A stretch of 64,000 nucleotides of DNA, from the IMG/VR virus record IMGVR_UViG_3300029288_005873, positions 224,001 through 288,000 of that record; one strand, written 5' to 3'. The translations under genes and the position numbers were made by a program. Shown here piece by piece: positions 1 through 8,987 of the stretch (position 1 is the first letter of the stretch; each line of letters starts with the position of its first letter). This DNA is from a virus. Taxonomy: Duplodnaviria > Caudoviricetes. Below the pieces are notes generated by a model. That model was not told the origin of the DNA, ran no database searches, and saw only the letters and a program-made list of their open reading frames with translations.

Positions 1-203
1 TCACCGAAAAGAACGAACCAGTGCCCAAGACCTTCGCCAATCTCTGTGGTGATTCCGTTTTCCTTCGCCAGCTTCCACAGAAATTCCGAAGCATCGAGGC
101 ATAGTCCGCCGAGATCTGACGGCCATCTGTCCTCTTCCGCCACACGTTCGAAGGCCCTTCGAGCCCTCCACGCCAACTTCTCCAGCCTCTTGAGGTCGTT
201 CAT
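1..203 (-). CDS. Transglutaminase/papain-like domain protein (runs off window start; missing from ORF track)
   Basis: Manual translation from ATG at 203, which overlaps the TGA of the upstream gene (ATGA): MNDLKRLEKLAWRARRAFERVAEEDRWPSDLGGLCLDASEFLWKLAKENGITTEIGEGLGHWFVLFG. Paralogous to both repeats of 200..985. Confidence 0.8.
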   Translation of the reverse strand, partial: MNDLKRLEKLAWRARRAFERVAEEDRWPSDLGGLCLDASEFLWKLAKENGITTEIGEGLGHWFVLFG

Positions 204-985
204 GGACGAGCCTCCTCCGTCTGCTGTTGCTCCGCCAGGATCTTCTCGAACTCCTCCTTGGCGATATTTGTTGTTTTGTCGTGGAGATTTGACGGAGAAT
301 CACTGATGTACATCTTTTCCCACCACGGTCCGATTTTTCCAGCTTCCACCAGCGGCTTGACAGCCACCCTATCGGGTTGACCAAATTGGGTGGATGTTAC
401 GTCGATCACGAAGTCACCATACATTACGAAATAATGTCCCACACCTCCGCAGACTTGTGTATCGATCCCGCGCTCGACCGCAACAGCATGGAGGAACTTG
501 GAGGCATGGTAGCATAGACCGGTAAGATCTTTGTTCCATGAGTCCCTCTCAGCTGTACGTTCGAAAGCTGTGCGAACCTGATACGCCAAGGCGATCAGAT
601 TCTCCATGTCGAAGGAGATCTTGTCAAACTCATCTTCCGCCCATTTCATCGCCATGCTGTTCTGAGGAATGAAGAGAGTTTTCGACAGCAGTTTCCACCA
701 GTCACCGATCTTTTCGGCTTTCTCCAGCGGCATTACGGCAACCCTGTCAGGCTGACCAAACTGGGTCGACGTGATGTCAACCACGATGTTTCCATCGTAT
801 AGAATAAAGTAGTGACCGCTGCCTCTGCCGATTTCCGTGGTGATTCTATTGTCGGCTGCGATTTTGTGGAGAAGGCATGATGCGCAGTAGCACATGCCAT
901 AGAGATCATCTGACCAGCCCTTTGCCTTTGACACCCTCTCGAATGCCATGCGAAGCTTCCAGGCGATTTCGATCAGCTTATCCAT
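200..985 (-). CDS. Tandem duplicated transglutaminase/papain-like (Cys-His-Asp) domain protein
   Basis: Two ~100-aa repeats, each with G-x-C-x-x-A-S, G-H-Y-F and D-[IV]-T-S-T-Q-F-G-Q-P-D-R-V-A-V. Confidence 0.7.
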   Translation of the reverse strand: MDKLIEIAWKLRMAFERVSKAKGWSDDLYGMCYCASCLLHKIAADNRITTEIGRGSGHYFILYDGNIVVDITSTQFGQPDRVAVMPLEKAEKIGDWWKLLSKTLFIPQNSMAMKWAEDEFDKISFDMENLIALAYQVRTAFERTAERDSWNKDLTGLCYHASKFLHAVAVERGIDTQVCGGVGHYFVMYGDFVIDVTSTQFGQPDRVAVKPLVEAGKIGPWWEKMYISDSPSNLHDKTTNIAKEEFEKILAEQQQTEEARP

Positions 986-1000
986 GTCTCTCTCCTAGTT

Positions 1001-1210
1001 TTATCTTACTTTGATCACGGCGACCTTGGTCAACCGGGCGTATCTGATGTTGACTTCCTTGATCCCAGCCTTCACCAGCTGCTCCTTGTTGACGTATCTG
1101 CCCATGTCGGGACCGATACTCTGGATCACGAAATCTTTATTCGCATCGAAATCCGTAATTACATCTTTCTTTGAGTTATATGATCGTCCATAAGCAGCTG
1201 AAAGAACCAA
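1001..1210 (-). CDS. Hypothetical phage protein
   Basis: TTG start preceded by an AAGGAG SD; 69 aa. Confidence 0.65.
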   Translation of the reverse strand: MVLSAAYGRSYNSKKDVITDFDANKDFVIQSIGPDMGRYVNKEQLVKAGIKEVNIRYARLTKVAVIKVR

Positions 1211-1265
1211 GATATTTTCTCCTTGTTTGAATGGTTGTTATCTATTAATATTCTAGAATTAAAAT

Positions 1266-2093
1266 ATGATGACCAATGATGAGAGAAAAGCCAAAAACAG
1301 AGAAGCTTCTCGCCGTTACAGGAACAAATACCCTGAGCGAGTTAGGGATAATATCCGACGCTATAAAGAACGACATCCTGATCGACAAAAAGAATCCGTT
1401 CGTCGATACAGGATTAAATATCCAAATAGCGTCAGGAATAGCGATTTAAAGTCGACATATGGAATAACCCACGACGAATACTTACGTTTACTGGATAATC
1501 AAGGTGGGCATTGTGCCATATGTGATCGAAGCTCCAACGGTAAAGCTGCTTTGGCAATTGACCACGATCATAAGACTGGTAGAATTCGTGGTCTTTTATG
1601 TTGGCAACACAACTCATTATTAGGTCACATCAATGATGATATTAGTCAATTATACAAACTAATATGGTATTTAAACCAACCCACCATTGATATAGATTCT
1701 ATTATGGGTGAACGTCTTCCTTCTCCAGGTAAACATGGACGACGATATCCCCGCGAGTCAGCTAAAAACCGTTCAGAAGTCAGCAAGCGCTACCGTCTAA
1801 GACACGCCGATATTATAAAAGAACAAATGCTAATTAGAAAATACGGCATAACTCAGTCCTGCTATAACACAATTCTCATAAATCAAGGAGGACATTGTGC
1901 CGTATGTGATAGAACCATTAGCGAAAATGGAAAACCACTATGTGTCGATCATAATCATGTAACCAACAAAATTCGCGGATTACTATGTTGGCGACATAAT
2001 CTTATCCTCGGTTTTGTTGAAGATGATATTACACAATTAACACAGCTTATTACATATCTGGAGAAACAATCAACTCAACCAACCATCGTTTAA
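1266..2093 (+). CDS. Free-standing endonuclease VII-like (His-Me finger) homing endonuclease with two nuclease domains
   Basis: Two copies of YGIT...QGGHCA[IV]C...DH[DN]H.T..IRGLLC..HN..LG..DD, each preceded by a basic segment. It is the only convincing plus-strand gene and is AT-richer than its flanks. Confidence 0.85.
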   Translation: MMTNDERKAKNREASRRYRNKYPERVRDNIRRYKERHPDRQKESVRRYRIKYPNSVRNSDLKSTYGITHDEYLRLLDNQGGHCAICDRSSNGKAALAIDHDHKTGRIRGLLCWQHNSLLGHINDDISQLYKLIWYLNQPTIDIDSIMGERLPSPGKHGRRYPRESAKNRSEVSKRYRLRHADIIKEQMLIRKYGITQSCYNTILINQGGHCAVCDRTISENGKPLCVDHNHVTNKIRGLLCWRHNLILGFVEDDITQLTQLITYLEKQSTQPTIV

Positions 2094-2108
2094 TCCGAAG
2101 AAACTATA

Positions 2109-2645
2109 TTATACAAGTTCGGACCATGAAACATCTATGGGGTCGGCGCCATGCTCAGAATTGCGTATAGCGTCAACAATGTCTGTTCCTTCTACTATCT
2201 CTATTGTGCCATCTTTCCAGCACACCTTGTATTTGGACAGCCTACCCTCTCCTGATATGAGGTCGATCAGGCGATCCAACTTTCTTGTGTGCGGGATGCC
2301 TCCCTCCGCCATTCCAAGGCGCGTTATTGCCCCTTTCGCCTGATTTAGTGCCTTCAGGGCATCGCGTCTTAACCTCTCCTTGGTTCCATTACCGAGAAGA
2401 AGTTTAACCTTCACCGAACGGTTAATCCACAAGTCTTCAAGTCTGGCAGGAATCTCGAAAAGGCTGGCATCACGCCACCCAGACGCATGTAACGTCACCA
2501 TGTGGACGACTCCGTTCTCATCCACCATTAGGAAAAGATGACCATCAACATTGTGTATGGGATCACTACCACTTGAGTTGACAACATATGGAAATCCCGC
2601 TGCGGAAAGATCAAAGCTTGTCTTGTCGGCTTTTGATAGCGTCAT
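2109..2645 (-). CDS. Hypothetical protein
   Basis: 178-aa ORF in the dominant orientation. Confidence 0.6.
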   Translation of the reverse strand: MTLSKADKTSFDLSAAGFPYVVNSSGSDPIHNVDGHLFLMVDENGVVHMVTLHASGWRDASLFEIPARLEDLWINRSVKVKLLLGNGTKERLRRDALKALNQAKGAITRLGMAEGGIPHTRKLDRLIDLISGEGRLSKYKVCWKDGTIEIVEGTDIVDAIRNSEHGADPIDVSWSELV

Positions 2646-2662
2646 GATAATTAACCTTTCAT

Positions 2663-2746
2663 TGGTGCAGGGAGCGGGAGTCGAACCCGCACGCCATTAG
2701 GCTGGGGATTTTAAGTCCCTTGCGTCTACCATTTCGCCACCCCCGC
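2663..2746 (-). tRNA. tRNA-Leu(TAA)
   Basis: Cloverleaf: acceptor GCGGGGG/TCCCTGC, D-arm TGGCGAAATGGTAGACGC, anticodon loop CT-TAA-AA, long variable arm, T-loop TTCGACT, encoded A-CCA. Confidence 0.95.
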
Positions 2747-2749
2747 ATC

Positions 2750-2824
2750 GCTACAATAACTAGGTCTTACTGGTTTACCAGATTCAACCTAGATCTCTGG
2801 CGTTCCCGCCAATCCGCTTGTAGC
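2750..2824 (-). ncRNA. Candidate small structured RNA (three-way junction) between the tRNAs
   Basis: GCUACAA/UUGUAGC closing stem, UGGCG-GGAA-CGCCA (GNRA loop) and CUAGGU..CUGG-UAAA-CCAG..ACCUAG. Confidence 0.45.
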
Positions 2825-2842
2825 ACACGGCTAAACTTTTTG

Positions 2843-2924
2843 TGCGAGGCAAGGGAATTGAACCCTTACGTCTTTCGACACGGGATCCTAAGTCCCGCGC
2901 GTCTACCTGTTCCGCCAGCCTCGC
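2843..2924 (-). tRNA. tRNA-Leu(TAG)
   Basis: Acceptor GCGAGGC/GCCTCGC, anticodon arm CGGGA-CT-TAG-GA-TCCCG, variable arm GTC-GAAA-GAC, T-arm AAGGG-TTCAATT-CCCTT. CCA not encoded. Confidence 0.95.
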
Positions 2925-2930
2925 TTATCT

Positions 2931-3302
2931 TCAAGAGTGTCCTTGGAGATATAAACTTCTCGTTCTTTCTATCTCCGGAGAAGGTTTTCCAAACAACTGT
3001 TCTGTTAACCTGAGATATGCTTTCCACGGCAGCCGAAGATCTTGGGATACTCTGGCTGCGAGATCCATCAATCCTCGCGAAAATGCTGGCAATCTGCTTC
3101 CTGAACGCACCAGAGAAACATCGTCCATGCTGTCGTTGTTGTGGAAATAAGCCTGCTCTGGAGATTTATCTCCTTCGTTTTTGTACCTTTGTAGCTCATC
3201 GGCAAGCTTGTTGAAGAATACGACATCATACGGTATTGCTCCAGAAAACCAGAGTTTCCTCCAACGACGTGACCATATCACCGGCATTTTTTGGAATCTC
3301 AT
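2931..3302 (-). CDS. Hypothetical protein
   Basis: ORF with an upstream GGAG SD, in the dominant orientation. Confidence 0.6.
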   Translation of the reverse strand: MRFQKMPVIWSRRWRKLWFSGAIPYDVVFFNKLADELQRYKNEGDKSPEQAYFHNNDSMDDVSLVRSGSRLPAFSRGLMDLAARVSQDLRLPWKAYLRLTEQLFGKPSPEIERTRSLYLQGHS

Positions 3303-3329
3303 TTTGTTAACTCCATCAAACGGATTAGT

Positions 3330-3626
3330 TTACCAGCTTTTCTCCCATTCCCTTTCTTCTTCACGTGTAAAAGCTGCCGCATCATCTTCGTCACGTTGAC
3401 GCGCAGCTTCATCCTCGGCTGTACGTTTTTCCACCTTGTCTTCCGCCGAGGAGATCGTCTCTGACCAACTGCCGTAATCCACTTTGAGATCGTCCAGTGC
3501 TTGCTTCACGACTTGAGCCATCGCTACCTCGATAGCCTCTCTGGTAGTGGGATAAAATGGCAGGTCCAAATCCTTCTCCAAATTCTTGATGATTTTCTGG
3601 ACATTTTCCCTTCTCATCATGATCAT
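3330..3626 (-). CDS. Hypothetical protein (acidic C-terminus)
   Basis: ORF with an AAGGAG SD. Confidence 0.6.
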   Translation of the reverse strand: MIMMRRENVQKIIKNLEKDLDLPFYPTTREAIEVAMAQVVKQALDDLKVDYGSWSETISSAEDKVEKRTAEDEAARQRDEDDAAAFTREEEREWEKSW

Positions 3627-3669
3627 TTAGATTCTCCTTATGACAAAGTCCTTTATGGACTGAAAATGG

Positions 3670-3864
3670 TTAGTAGGTTGTTACCCAAATCGGGAATGAT
3701 GTCCCCATTTTTTCCTCGCAGGCTTCTCCCCACTTCCTGTGAGCATCATTGTTCAATGTGTAATTTAGGAGAACCCCATCTTTGTGATTCTCGACAACAA
3801 ACCCCTTGGGACGTTTTCCAAGGAGCTTTTGTGCTGCTTTCAGGAAGCGTTTACGCATACTCAT
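3670..3864 (-). CDS. Hypothetical protein
   Basis: 64-aa ORF with an AAGGAG SD. Confidence 0.55.
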   Translation of the reverse strand: MSMRKRFLKAAQKLLGKRPKGFVVENHKDGVLLNYTLNNDAHRKWGEACEEKMGTSFPIWVTTY

Positions 3865-3874
3865 GACACTCTCC

Positions 3875-4636
3875 TTATCCGAGGGTACATCTCCTCAGAA
3901 CGGGGTTGAAAAGTTCTATTTCACCAACACCTTTACACTTGGTACAGGTGTGAAAGATTCTCCGCACTCGAGGAACCATTCCCTTTAGGTCATCGGAACG
4001 ATAACCAAAGAGACCGGCGAACAAATCCCAAGTATCGTAGTATCTTTGGCTTTTCTGGCGCATCAGTATGAGCTGAACTTCCAACGGAAGTTTTGACAAC
4101 TCCCGCTGAAAAGTGCCGTTTTTGTTTTTGGGATTACATTCGCTACAATAGCGAACGATCATCCCTTTCCCGTTACAGTTGTTACATTTCCCAACAACCT
4201 TACCTCCCCTCTTGAACTCCCCACTGCCACCACATTTTCTACAAACCATCTCCTGTTTCCAGTGCCCATGACACTCGGGACACACGACCCAACCCGCTGT
4301 TGAGTTGGCTTCGTTATATCCCTTACCGAAACAATTGTCGCACGGAACTCCTGCTTTCGTGTGCGGAAGACCATTCCCCAAATCTTTTAGGGATTTGCCG
4401 TCCGTTGTGTATAGCATAGCGTTTGAAGAATCGTCCGACACGTCCAGAATAACATCTCCCTGAGTCAGGAGGTAGTCGTATGCTTCCTTTACCTTGATGA
4501 ACTCAGCAGAAGCATTTTCGCTTTTGTTGAGATCAGGGTGGGTTTCATGACTCCTTCTCCTGAACGCTGATTTGAGAATGACAGTCGTTACCGGAAGGAT
4601 GATACCAAGAACCTTGGAAGCTTCATGGACGGTCAT
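3875..4636 (-). CDS. DnaJ-like co-chaperone (J domain plus CxxCxGxG zinc fingers, no substrate-binding C-terminal domain)
   Basis: THPD motif, F..VKEAY, and repeats CDNCFGKG, CPECHG, CRKCGGSG, CNNCNGKG, CTKCKGVG. Confidence 0.85.
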   Translation of the reverse strand: MTVHEASKVLGIILPVTTVILKSAFRRRSHETHPDLNKSENASAEFIKVKEAYDYLLTQGDVILDVSDDSSNAMLYTTDGKSLKDLGNGLPHTKAGVPCDNCFGKGYNEANSTAGWVVCPECHGHWKQEMVCRKCGGSGEFKRGGKVVGKCNNCNGKGMIVRYCSECNPKNKNGTFQRELSKLPLEVQLILMRQKSQRYYDTWDLFAGLFGYRSDDLKGMVPRVRRIFHTCTKCKGVGEIELFNPVLRRCTLG

Positions 4637-4651
4637 TGTCGTCTCCAGTCG

Positions 4652-5209
4652 CTATTCGGTTTTTGCTTGTTCCTCAGCCAGTGGTAGAACTTGCTTTGTG
4701 ATCTTGATATCACAACATCGATTGTAGCCAGGACATTCGGTCAGATGATACGACGCTATCAGCATCTGTGATGCTGTTAGCGGAAAATCAAACAATTGTT
4801 TGCTATGAGTAACTCTCTCCTCTACTACATCCATAGATTCTCTCTGTCCCAATCCGGTTACTTCACGCAGTGCATGAACAGCACTAATCCTGTTTTGAGC
4901 CATCCATTCGATCGGAACTTCAACATACCAACACACCAGCAGACTTCTCAGAGGGACCATATCACTACATTTCTCAGACAACTCCAACTCGCCGATGCGT
5001 TGTTTGAGTTCCTTGACGTTCTTAACCCGTTCGCAGAGAGCTTTATCAAGAGCTTCAGCACGATCTTTACAGTACTCCAGATCCTTTGTGAGAGTCTGGA
5101 TTGTGCTCCACATCCTATCCCTCACCACTTCGAAAGCGTTGGCGAGATTGTTATCCACCTTGCGAAGCAAGGCAATCAACGCAATAAAGATCGTAAACAG
5201 GGCTTCCAT
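4652..5209 (-). CDS. Coiled-coil protein with a ribosomal L7/L12 C-terminal-like motif
   Basis: Start re-set to MEALF (CAGGAG SD). NRISAVHALREVTGLGQRESMDVVE resembles the L7/L12 CTD motif KI.VIK.VR.ITGLGLKEAK.LVE. Confidence 0.55.
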   Translation of the reverse strand: MEALFTIFIALIALLRKVDNNLANAFEVVRDRMWSTIQTLTKDLEYCKDRAEALDKALCERVKNVKELKQRIGELELSEKCSDMVPLRSLLVCWYVEVPIEWMAQNRISAVHALREVTGLGQRESMDVVEERVTHSKQLFDFPLTASQMLIASYHLTECPGYNRCCDIKITKQVLPLAEEQAKTE

Positions 5210-5246
5210 GATATCTCCTGTATCGAATGTGTTGGACAGCTTATGG

Positions 5247-5486
5247 CTAAACCTCAGCCATCTTTCTGTATTTCTCTGAGAGAAGATCGGCAGCGACCTG
5301 AAGGTCCCAGTATTTGACTTTTCTGAGAGCCGAATACAAAGATATGGGAACTGTTGAGAATATGATATCGCCAAGCTCTGACAGCATGTCGATATTACAA
5401 TCCCAACTCTCCCATCTGATCGCTCTGTGTAGCGCCTCTTCTTTTGTCATGTCTTTATCCCACACAACCAGACTCCTGAATTTCAT
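5247..5486 (-). CDS. Hypothetical protein
   Basis: Probable start MKFRSL; overlaps the end of the upstream gene. Confidence 0.45.
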   Translation of the reverse strand: MKFRSLVVWDKDMTKEEALHRAIRWESWDCNIDMLSELGDIIFSTVPISLYSALRKVKYWDLQVAADLLSEKYRKMAEV

Positions 5487-5757
5487 GTTCGCTTTGGATG
5501 AACAATCCAGGTCCAGTGTACAGCAGCGCATCAGGTAGTTTCTTTCCACCAGGACCCTCAGGTGTGATCACAATACATGAACGGTCGAAACTACGAAGCC
5601 AGCCGATCACGTAACTGGAGCCCCATGTGTCACACCTGACACGGATACGCGTATTGACAAGACCAATGAGGAATTTGTATATTAAGTCCTCATTGGTCTT
5701 TGGTTTTTGATTTCTGGTAGCGTTTTTTTGACTATTGCTACATCTCGCCTTCCCCAT
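5455..5757 (-). CDS. Hfq/LSm-like Sm-fold protein
   Basis: FL..L...RIRV......V.GWLRSFDRSCIVI......LLY matches the Hfq Sm1 pattern (FLNALR..V......GQIESFDQFVILL...MVY). Confidence 0.5.
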   Translation of the reverse strand: MGKARCSNSQKNATRNQKPKTNEDLIYKFLIGLVNTRIRVRCDTWGSSYVIGWLRSFDRSCIVITPEGPGGKKLPDALLYTGPGLFIQSEHEIQESGCVG

Positions 5758-5767
5758 GGTCGTTCCT

Positions 5768-6184
5768 TTAGACCTTGGTCAGCTTGTACTTGATGCCGTC
5801 GATCTCGACCGTCTTCCCTTCACAGGTGGGCGGTTCCTGGAAGTTTTCCTCGTATTTCCAACCGTCCACTATGGGATCGTCTCCGTCCCAACCAACTTCC
5901 TTTTCCGATCCAAATACGGAGATGACCGCTTCGTATAACAGAATCAAGCCCTCATTCCTCAAGTTGTTGTTTTCGGCATAAATCTTATTGGCTTGGGCAA
6001 AGAGCCTATTGGCATGAGCATGTAGTTTGAGTGTCGAAGCTTTGACGGCTTTGTTTTTGGTGGCCTCGACATACATATGGTTTGCCGTAGCATAGAGCTT
6101 GTTGGCATCGTCGGCAGATTTCTTACATTCGGCGCGAATCTGACACAGCTTGTTGTAAGCCTCCTGAATCCTTTTGTTGTACAT
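5768..6184 (-). CDS. Hypothetical phage protein
   Basis: Helical N-terminus; C-terminal CEGKTVEIDGIKYKL. Confidence 0.6.
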   Translation of the reverse strand: MYNKRIQEAYNKLCQIRAECKKSADDANKLYATANHMYVEATKNKAVKASTLKLHAHANRLFAQANKIYAENNNLRNEGLILLYEAVISVFGSEKEVGWDGDDPIVDGWKYEENFQEPPTCEGKTVEIDGIKYKLTKV

Positions 6185-6195
6185 TCTCTACTCCT

Positions 6196-6687
6196 TTATG
6201 GTACTCGATTTGGATCATAACAACAGATAGTACCCCGTTGAATGGAAAAACCTTCACATGAGTCCTTCTGATAACAGCTTTCACAAGGAGATAGTGATAG
6301 GTTTCTCTTATCCTCTACCTCCCACCCGTTCAGTGCCGCCACAGCCTTCAGGATGTTGAGGAAACCAGTGATCCTATCTTTGTCCCAGTTCTTGTGGCTG
6401 AACCGAACGACCGTCCCGGTCGCGATCTCGTTTCCCATGCCATCGAAGAACGGAACGACGACACAGAACTCATTCCGCTCGATATACTCACGAGCTTCGT
6501 GATCCCATTTCTCGCTGTATACGTATTCCCCACACAGGAGAGACACGATGTGCCGAAAGATAGTGTGAGCTACGTCCATAAAACTCTGTCTTTCGCTCCC
6601 CGGACGCATGGATAACTCACAGATGGTCCCCGGCACATCATTATGAATGTGATACACACACACCTTGGAGATTTCGTTGATCTTCAT
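6196..6687 (-). CDS. Hypothetical protein
   Basis: ORF with a strong purine-rich SD. Confidence 0.6.
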   Translation of the reverse strand: MKINEISKVCVYHIHNDVPGTICELSMRPGSERQSFMDVAHTIFRHIVSLLCGEYVYSEKWDHEAREYIERNEFCVVVPFFDGMGNEIATGTVVRFSHKNWDKDRITGFLNILKAVAALNGWEVEDKRNLSLSPCESCYQKDSCEGFSIQRGTICCYDPNRVP

Positions 6688-6699
6688 GTTCTCCCCTCC

Positions 6700-8205
6700 T
6701 TATGCTCTCGGCTGCTCCGTTGTGACCATGTAGCCGTCCTTGTCCACGATGCGTCTTCCAGACGCCGCCCCGATGGCGGAAGCCTCATCCTCCCACAGGC
6801 TCTCCACCCTTAGGTTGTCCGACACCACGGCGAAGAGACCCAGATGTAGGCGTCGGGAGTATGTCCTTCCGACCAGACCTCGGAAGTCCCCTCTCGCCGG
6901 AAGTCCTCCGATGGGACCGCAGGTCCCTTTCTCCAGAGCCGAAGGCTCCTTGATCTCTTCGGCAGGAGCCGAAGGCTCCTTGACCACGACCTCGTCCTTC
7001 ATGAAATTATCCCACGCTTTCGCCAGCTTCGCGGGCTCCCCTTCGGATACACCGAAGTTCAGCTTCAACTGCCGGAGAACCAACAGTTTCACGCAGCTTA
7101 GCTCCATGCCGGGGATGCTCAGGTTCCTGTACCCGGCACCCTTCTCCGGTTCCCCCTTGACTTTCTTTCCATCCACAAGAAGCGTGGGCTTGGGCTGTAG
7201 CTGAATCCTCACCTTCCTGCCGCCCTTCGGACGAGCAGACCCTCTCTCGACAGCCGACCGATGCTTCGTTCCAGCAACATCCCTGATCACGGATAGAACG
7301 GCGAATACATCATCGGGCGAGGCTCCGTCCACCTCGCAGTTACCGGCGTACACATAGTCGCCGTTGAAGTACTCGGTCAGCTGTACCCTCGTGTTCATTC
7401 CGCCTTCCTTGATAGGTGCGGAGCCGGCGCCTTGGCTGACCGCGGCGGCACTCCCATCTAGCTCGAGCTCACCAGACAGGGGGGATGCGCCGGGTTCCTT
7501 CGGCGCCGGCTCCGCATTCGGCTGCGAGGGCTCGGAGCCGGCGGCGGGCTTGGGCGGAGGAGGGTTGTTGATCGGAAAACCCCAGTCATCGTAGTTTGGT
7601 CGGAACGGAGGCTCGCCCGGTTTTCTCACCAGCGGAGGCGGAGCCTTCTCGTCCTCTTCATCCTCTGGGTCGAACTTGCGACCCGACCTCCACCCTGCTG
7701 CCATCTCCAGCCGGTCCAGCACCCCATCGGATGCCTCCAGAACCGACCTGGCTGCCCCCAGGTTTGCATCCGATACCGCCAGAAGCTCCCCAACATTCGC
7801 AACCGACAGGACCGCCTCCACGGACCTCACAGTAGCCTCGGGCGCCATGCGCCCGCCCCTCAGGTTCCACGGATCGGGCGTGTTGCGAACATCGATCGGG
7901 GCGGAGGCCTTGGGCATCCTGAACTCCCCAGAGTTCCCAGATGCCACACACACCTTCCCGTTCCCGCAGGACATCTCCACGTAGTCCTTGTATCCCCAGC
8001 AGGGAGCCGTAGCCGGCTCCCGGACTTTCCCCTGCGGAACCGTGAGGCTGCGGTCGGTCAACCACGCCTGCTCGTCAACCTCATCAGATAGGGCAGGACC
8101 GTAGGCATCCATGTCCCACCTCTCCGGTGCCTCGACATGGGCTCGGTCATGAAGCTCGTCGCGAACATCGTAGCCGGACACTACTTGGCGCATCTTTTTC
8201 TCCAT
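6700..8205 (-). CDS. Hypothetical protein with a Pro-rich linker
   Basis: 501-aa ORF at the left edge of the GC-rich island. Confidence 0.65.
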   Translation of the reverse strand: MEKKMRQVVSGYDVRDELHDRAHVEAPERWDMDAYGPALSDEVDEQAWLTDRSLTVPQGKVREPATAPCWGYKDYVEMSCGNGKVCVASGNSGEFRMPKASAPIDVRNTPDPWNLRGGRMAPEATVRSVEAVLSVANVGELLAVSDANLGAARSVLEASDGVLDRLEMAAGWRSGRKFDPEDEEDEKAPPPLVRKPGEPPFRPNYDDWGFPINNPPPPKPAAGSEPSQPNAEPAPKEPGASPLSGELELDGSAAAVSQGAGSAPIKEGGMNTRVQLTEYFNGDYVYAGNCEVDGASPDDVFAVLSVIRDVAGTKHRSAVERGSARPKGGRKVRIQLQPKPTLLVDGKKVKGEPEKGAGYRNLSIPGMELSCVKLLVLRQLKLNFGVSEGEPAKLAKAWDNFMKDEVVVKEPSAPAEEIKEPSALEKGTCGPIGGLPARGDFRGLVGRTYSRRLHLGLFAVVSDNLRVESLWEDEASAIGAASGRRIVDKDGYMVTTEQPRA

Positions 8206-8240
8206 GGGGTCCGAAGGACCCGAAAAGGTTGATCCCCCAG

Positions 8241-8888
8241 CTACCCCTGACGCTTCACTGTCGTCCTGCCCGGCTCCCTATCCAGAACCACAAGACCTCG
8301 CCTCATCGGCTCAGGCCTGGACTTGTCACCAGCTGAGAACTTCCATGCCTTGCCGTCTCGCGAACACGTCGGGTTACGACACTCGAAGCCATCCGCAGAC
8401 CTGCTGACCGACCACCTCTGACGGCAGTTCGGACACTTCGGCATCGTCTCAGACGGAGGTCCCGATACCATCACCATCTCTATCCCCCTATCCTCCTTGC
8501 CGCCCATGAAGTCCAGCACTCGATCAACATGCTTACACTCGTCTTCGGAACAAGGCGGTCCGCCCGGCTTCCTGCCATCACAGCACATCGAGGATACTAC
8601 CACACCATCCTTGTATGACAAGGACACGTAATGCATGATGGGAAACCACTTCACCCATCCGCACTCCCTCTTGTCCTCGCTACACCTTCCGTTTTTCAGG
8701 CATCCGTGGCACGTCGGATGCCAGTCAGAGACGCGGTATGCCCTGCTCCCCGTCCCAAGCCCGGCGGGAGCTTCGGGCTTAGGAGCCTTCGGCTCCTTGC
8801 CCATGATTCGGTCGATCGCCGCCCCTGTTTCCGCCAGCTTCGCCATCGTGGCAGCAAGTCTGGACCTCAGAACGTCAGATCGCCCCAT
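8241..8888 (-). CDS. Cys-rich zinc-binding protein (SWIM-like CKH and CxxC motifs)
   Basis: Start re-set to MGRSD (AAGGAGG SD). Contains CHGC, C..C..ECKHV and CPNC...C...C. Confidence 0.55.
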   Translation of the reverse strand: MGRSDVLRSRLAATMAKLAETGAAIDRIMGKEPKAPKPEAPAGLGTGSRAYRVSDWHPTCHGCLKNGRCSEDKRECGWVKWFPIMHYVSLSYKDGVVVSSMCCDGRKPGGPPCSEDECKHVDRVLDFMGGKEDRGIEMVMVSGPPSETMPKCPNCRQRWSVSRSADGFECRNPTCSRDGKAWKFSAGDKSRPEPMRRGLVVLDREPGRTTVKRQG

Positions 8889-8987
8889 CGTTTCCTCCTT
8901 GGAATCTTCGGGCGTTGCCCTTGAAAACCTCAATACTCTGTGGGTCTCAAGGGCAGCCCCCGAAGGGCTGCTTAAATTCACTATCGT

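Noticed and set aside
2750-2842. tRNA-associated theta/HDV-like ribozyme
   Set aside because: I could not build the nested double pseudoknot or find the L3 and J4/2 consensus.
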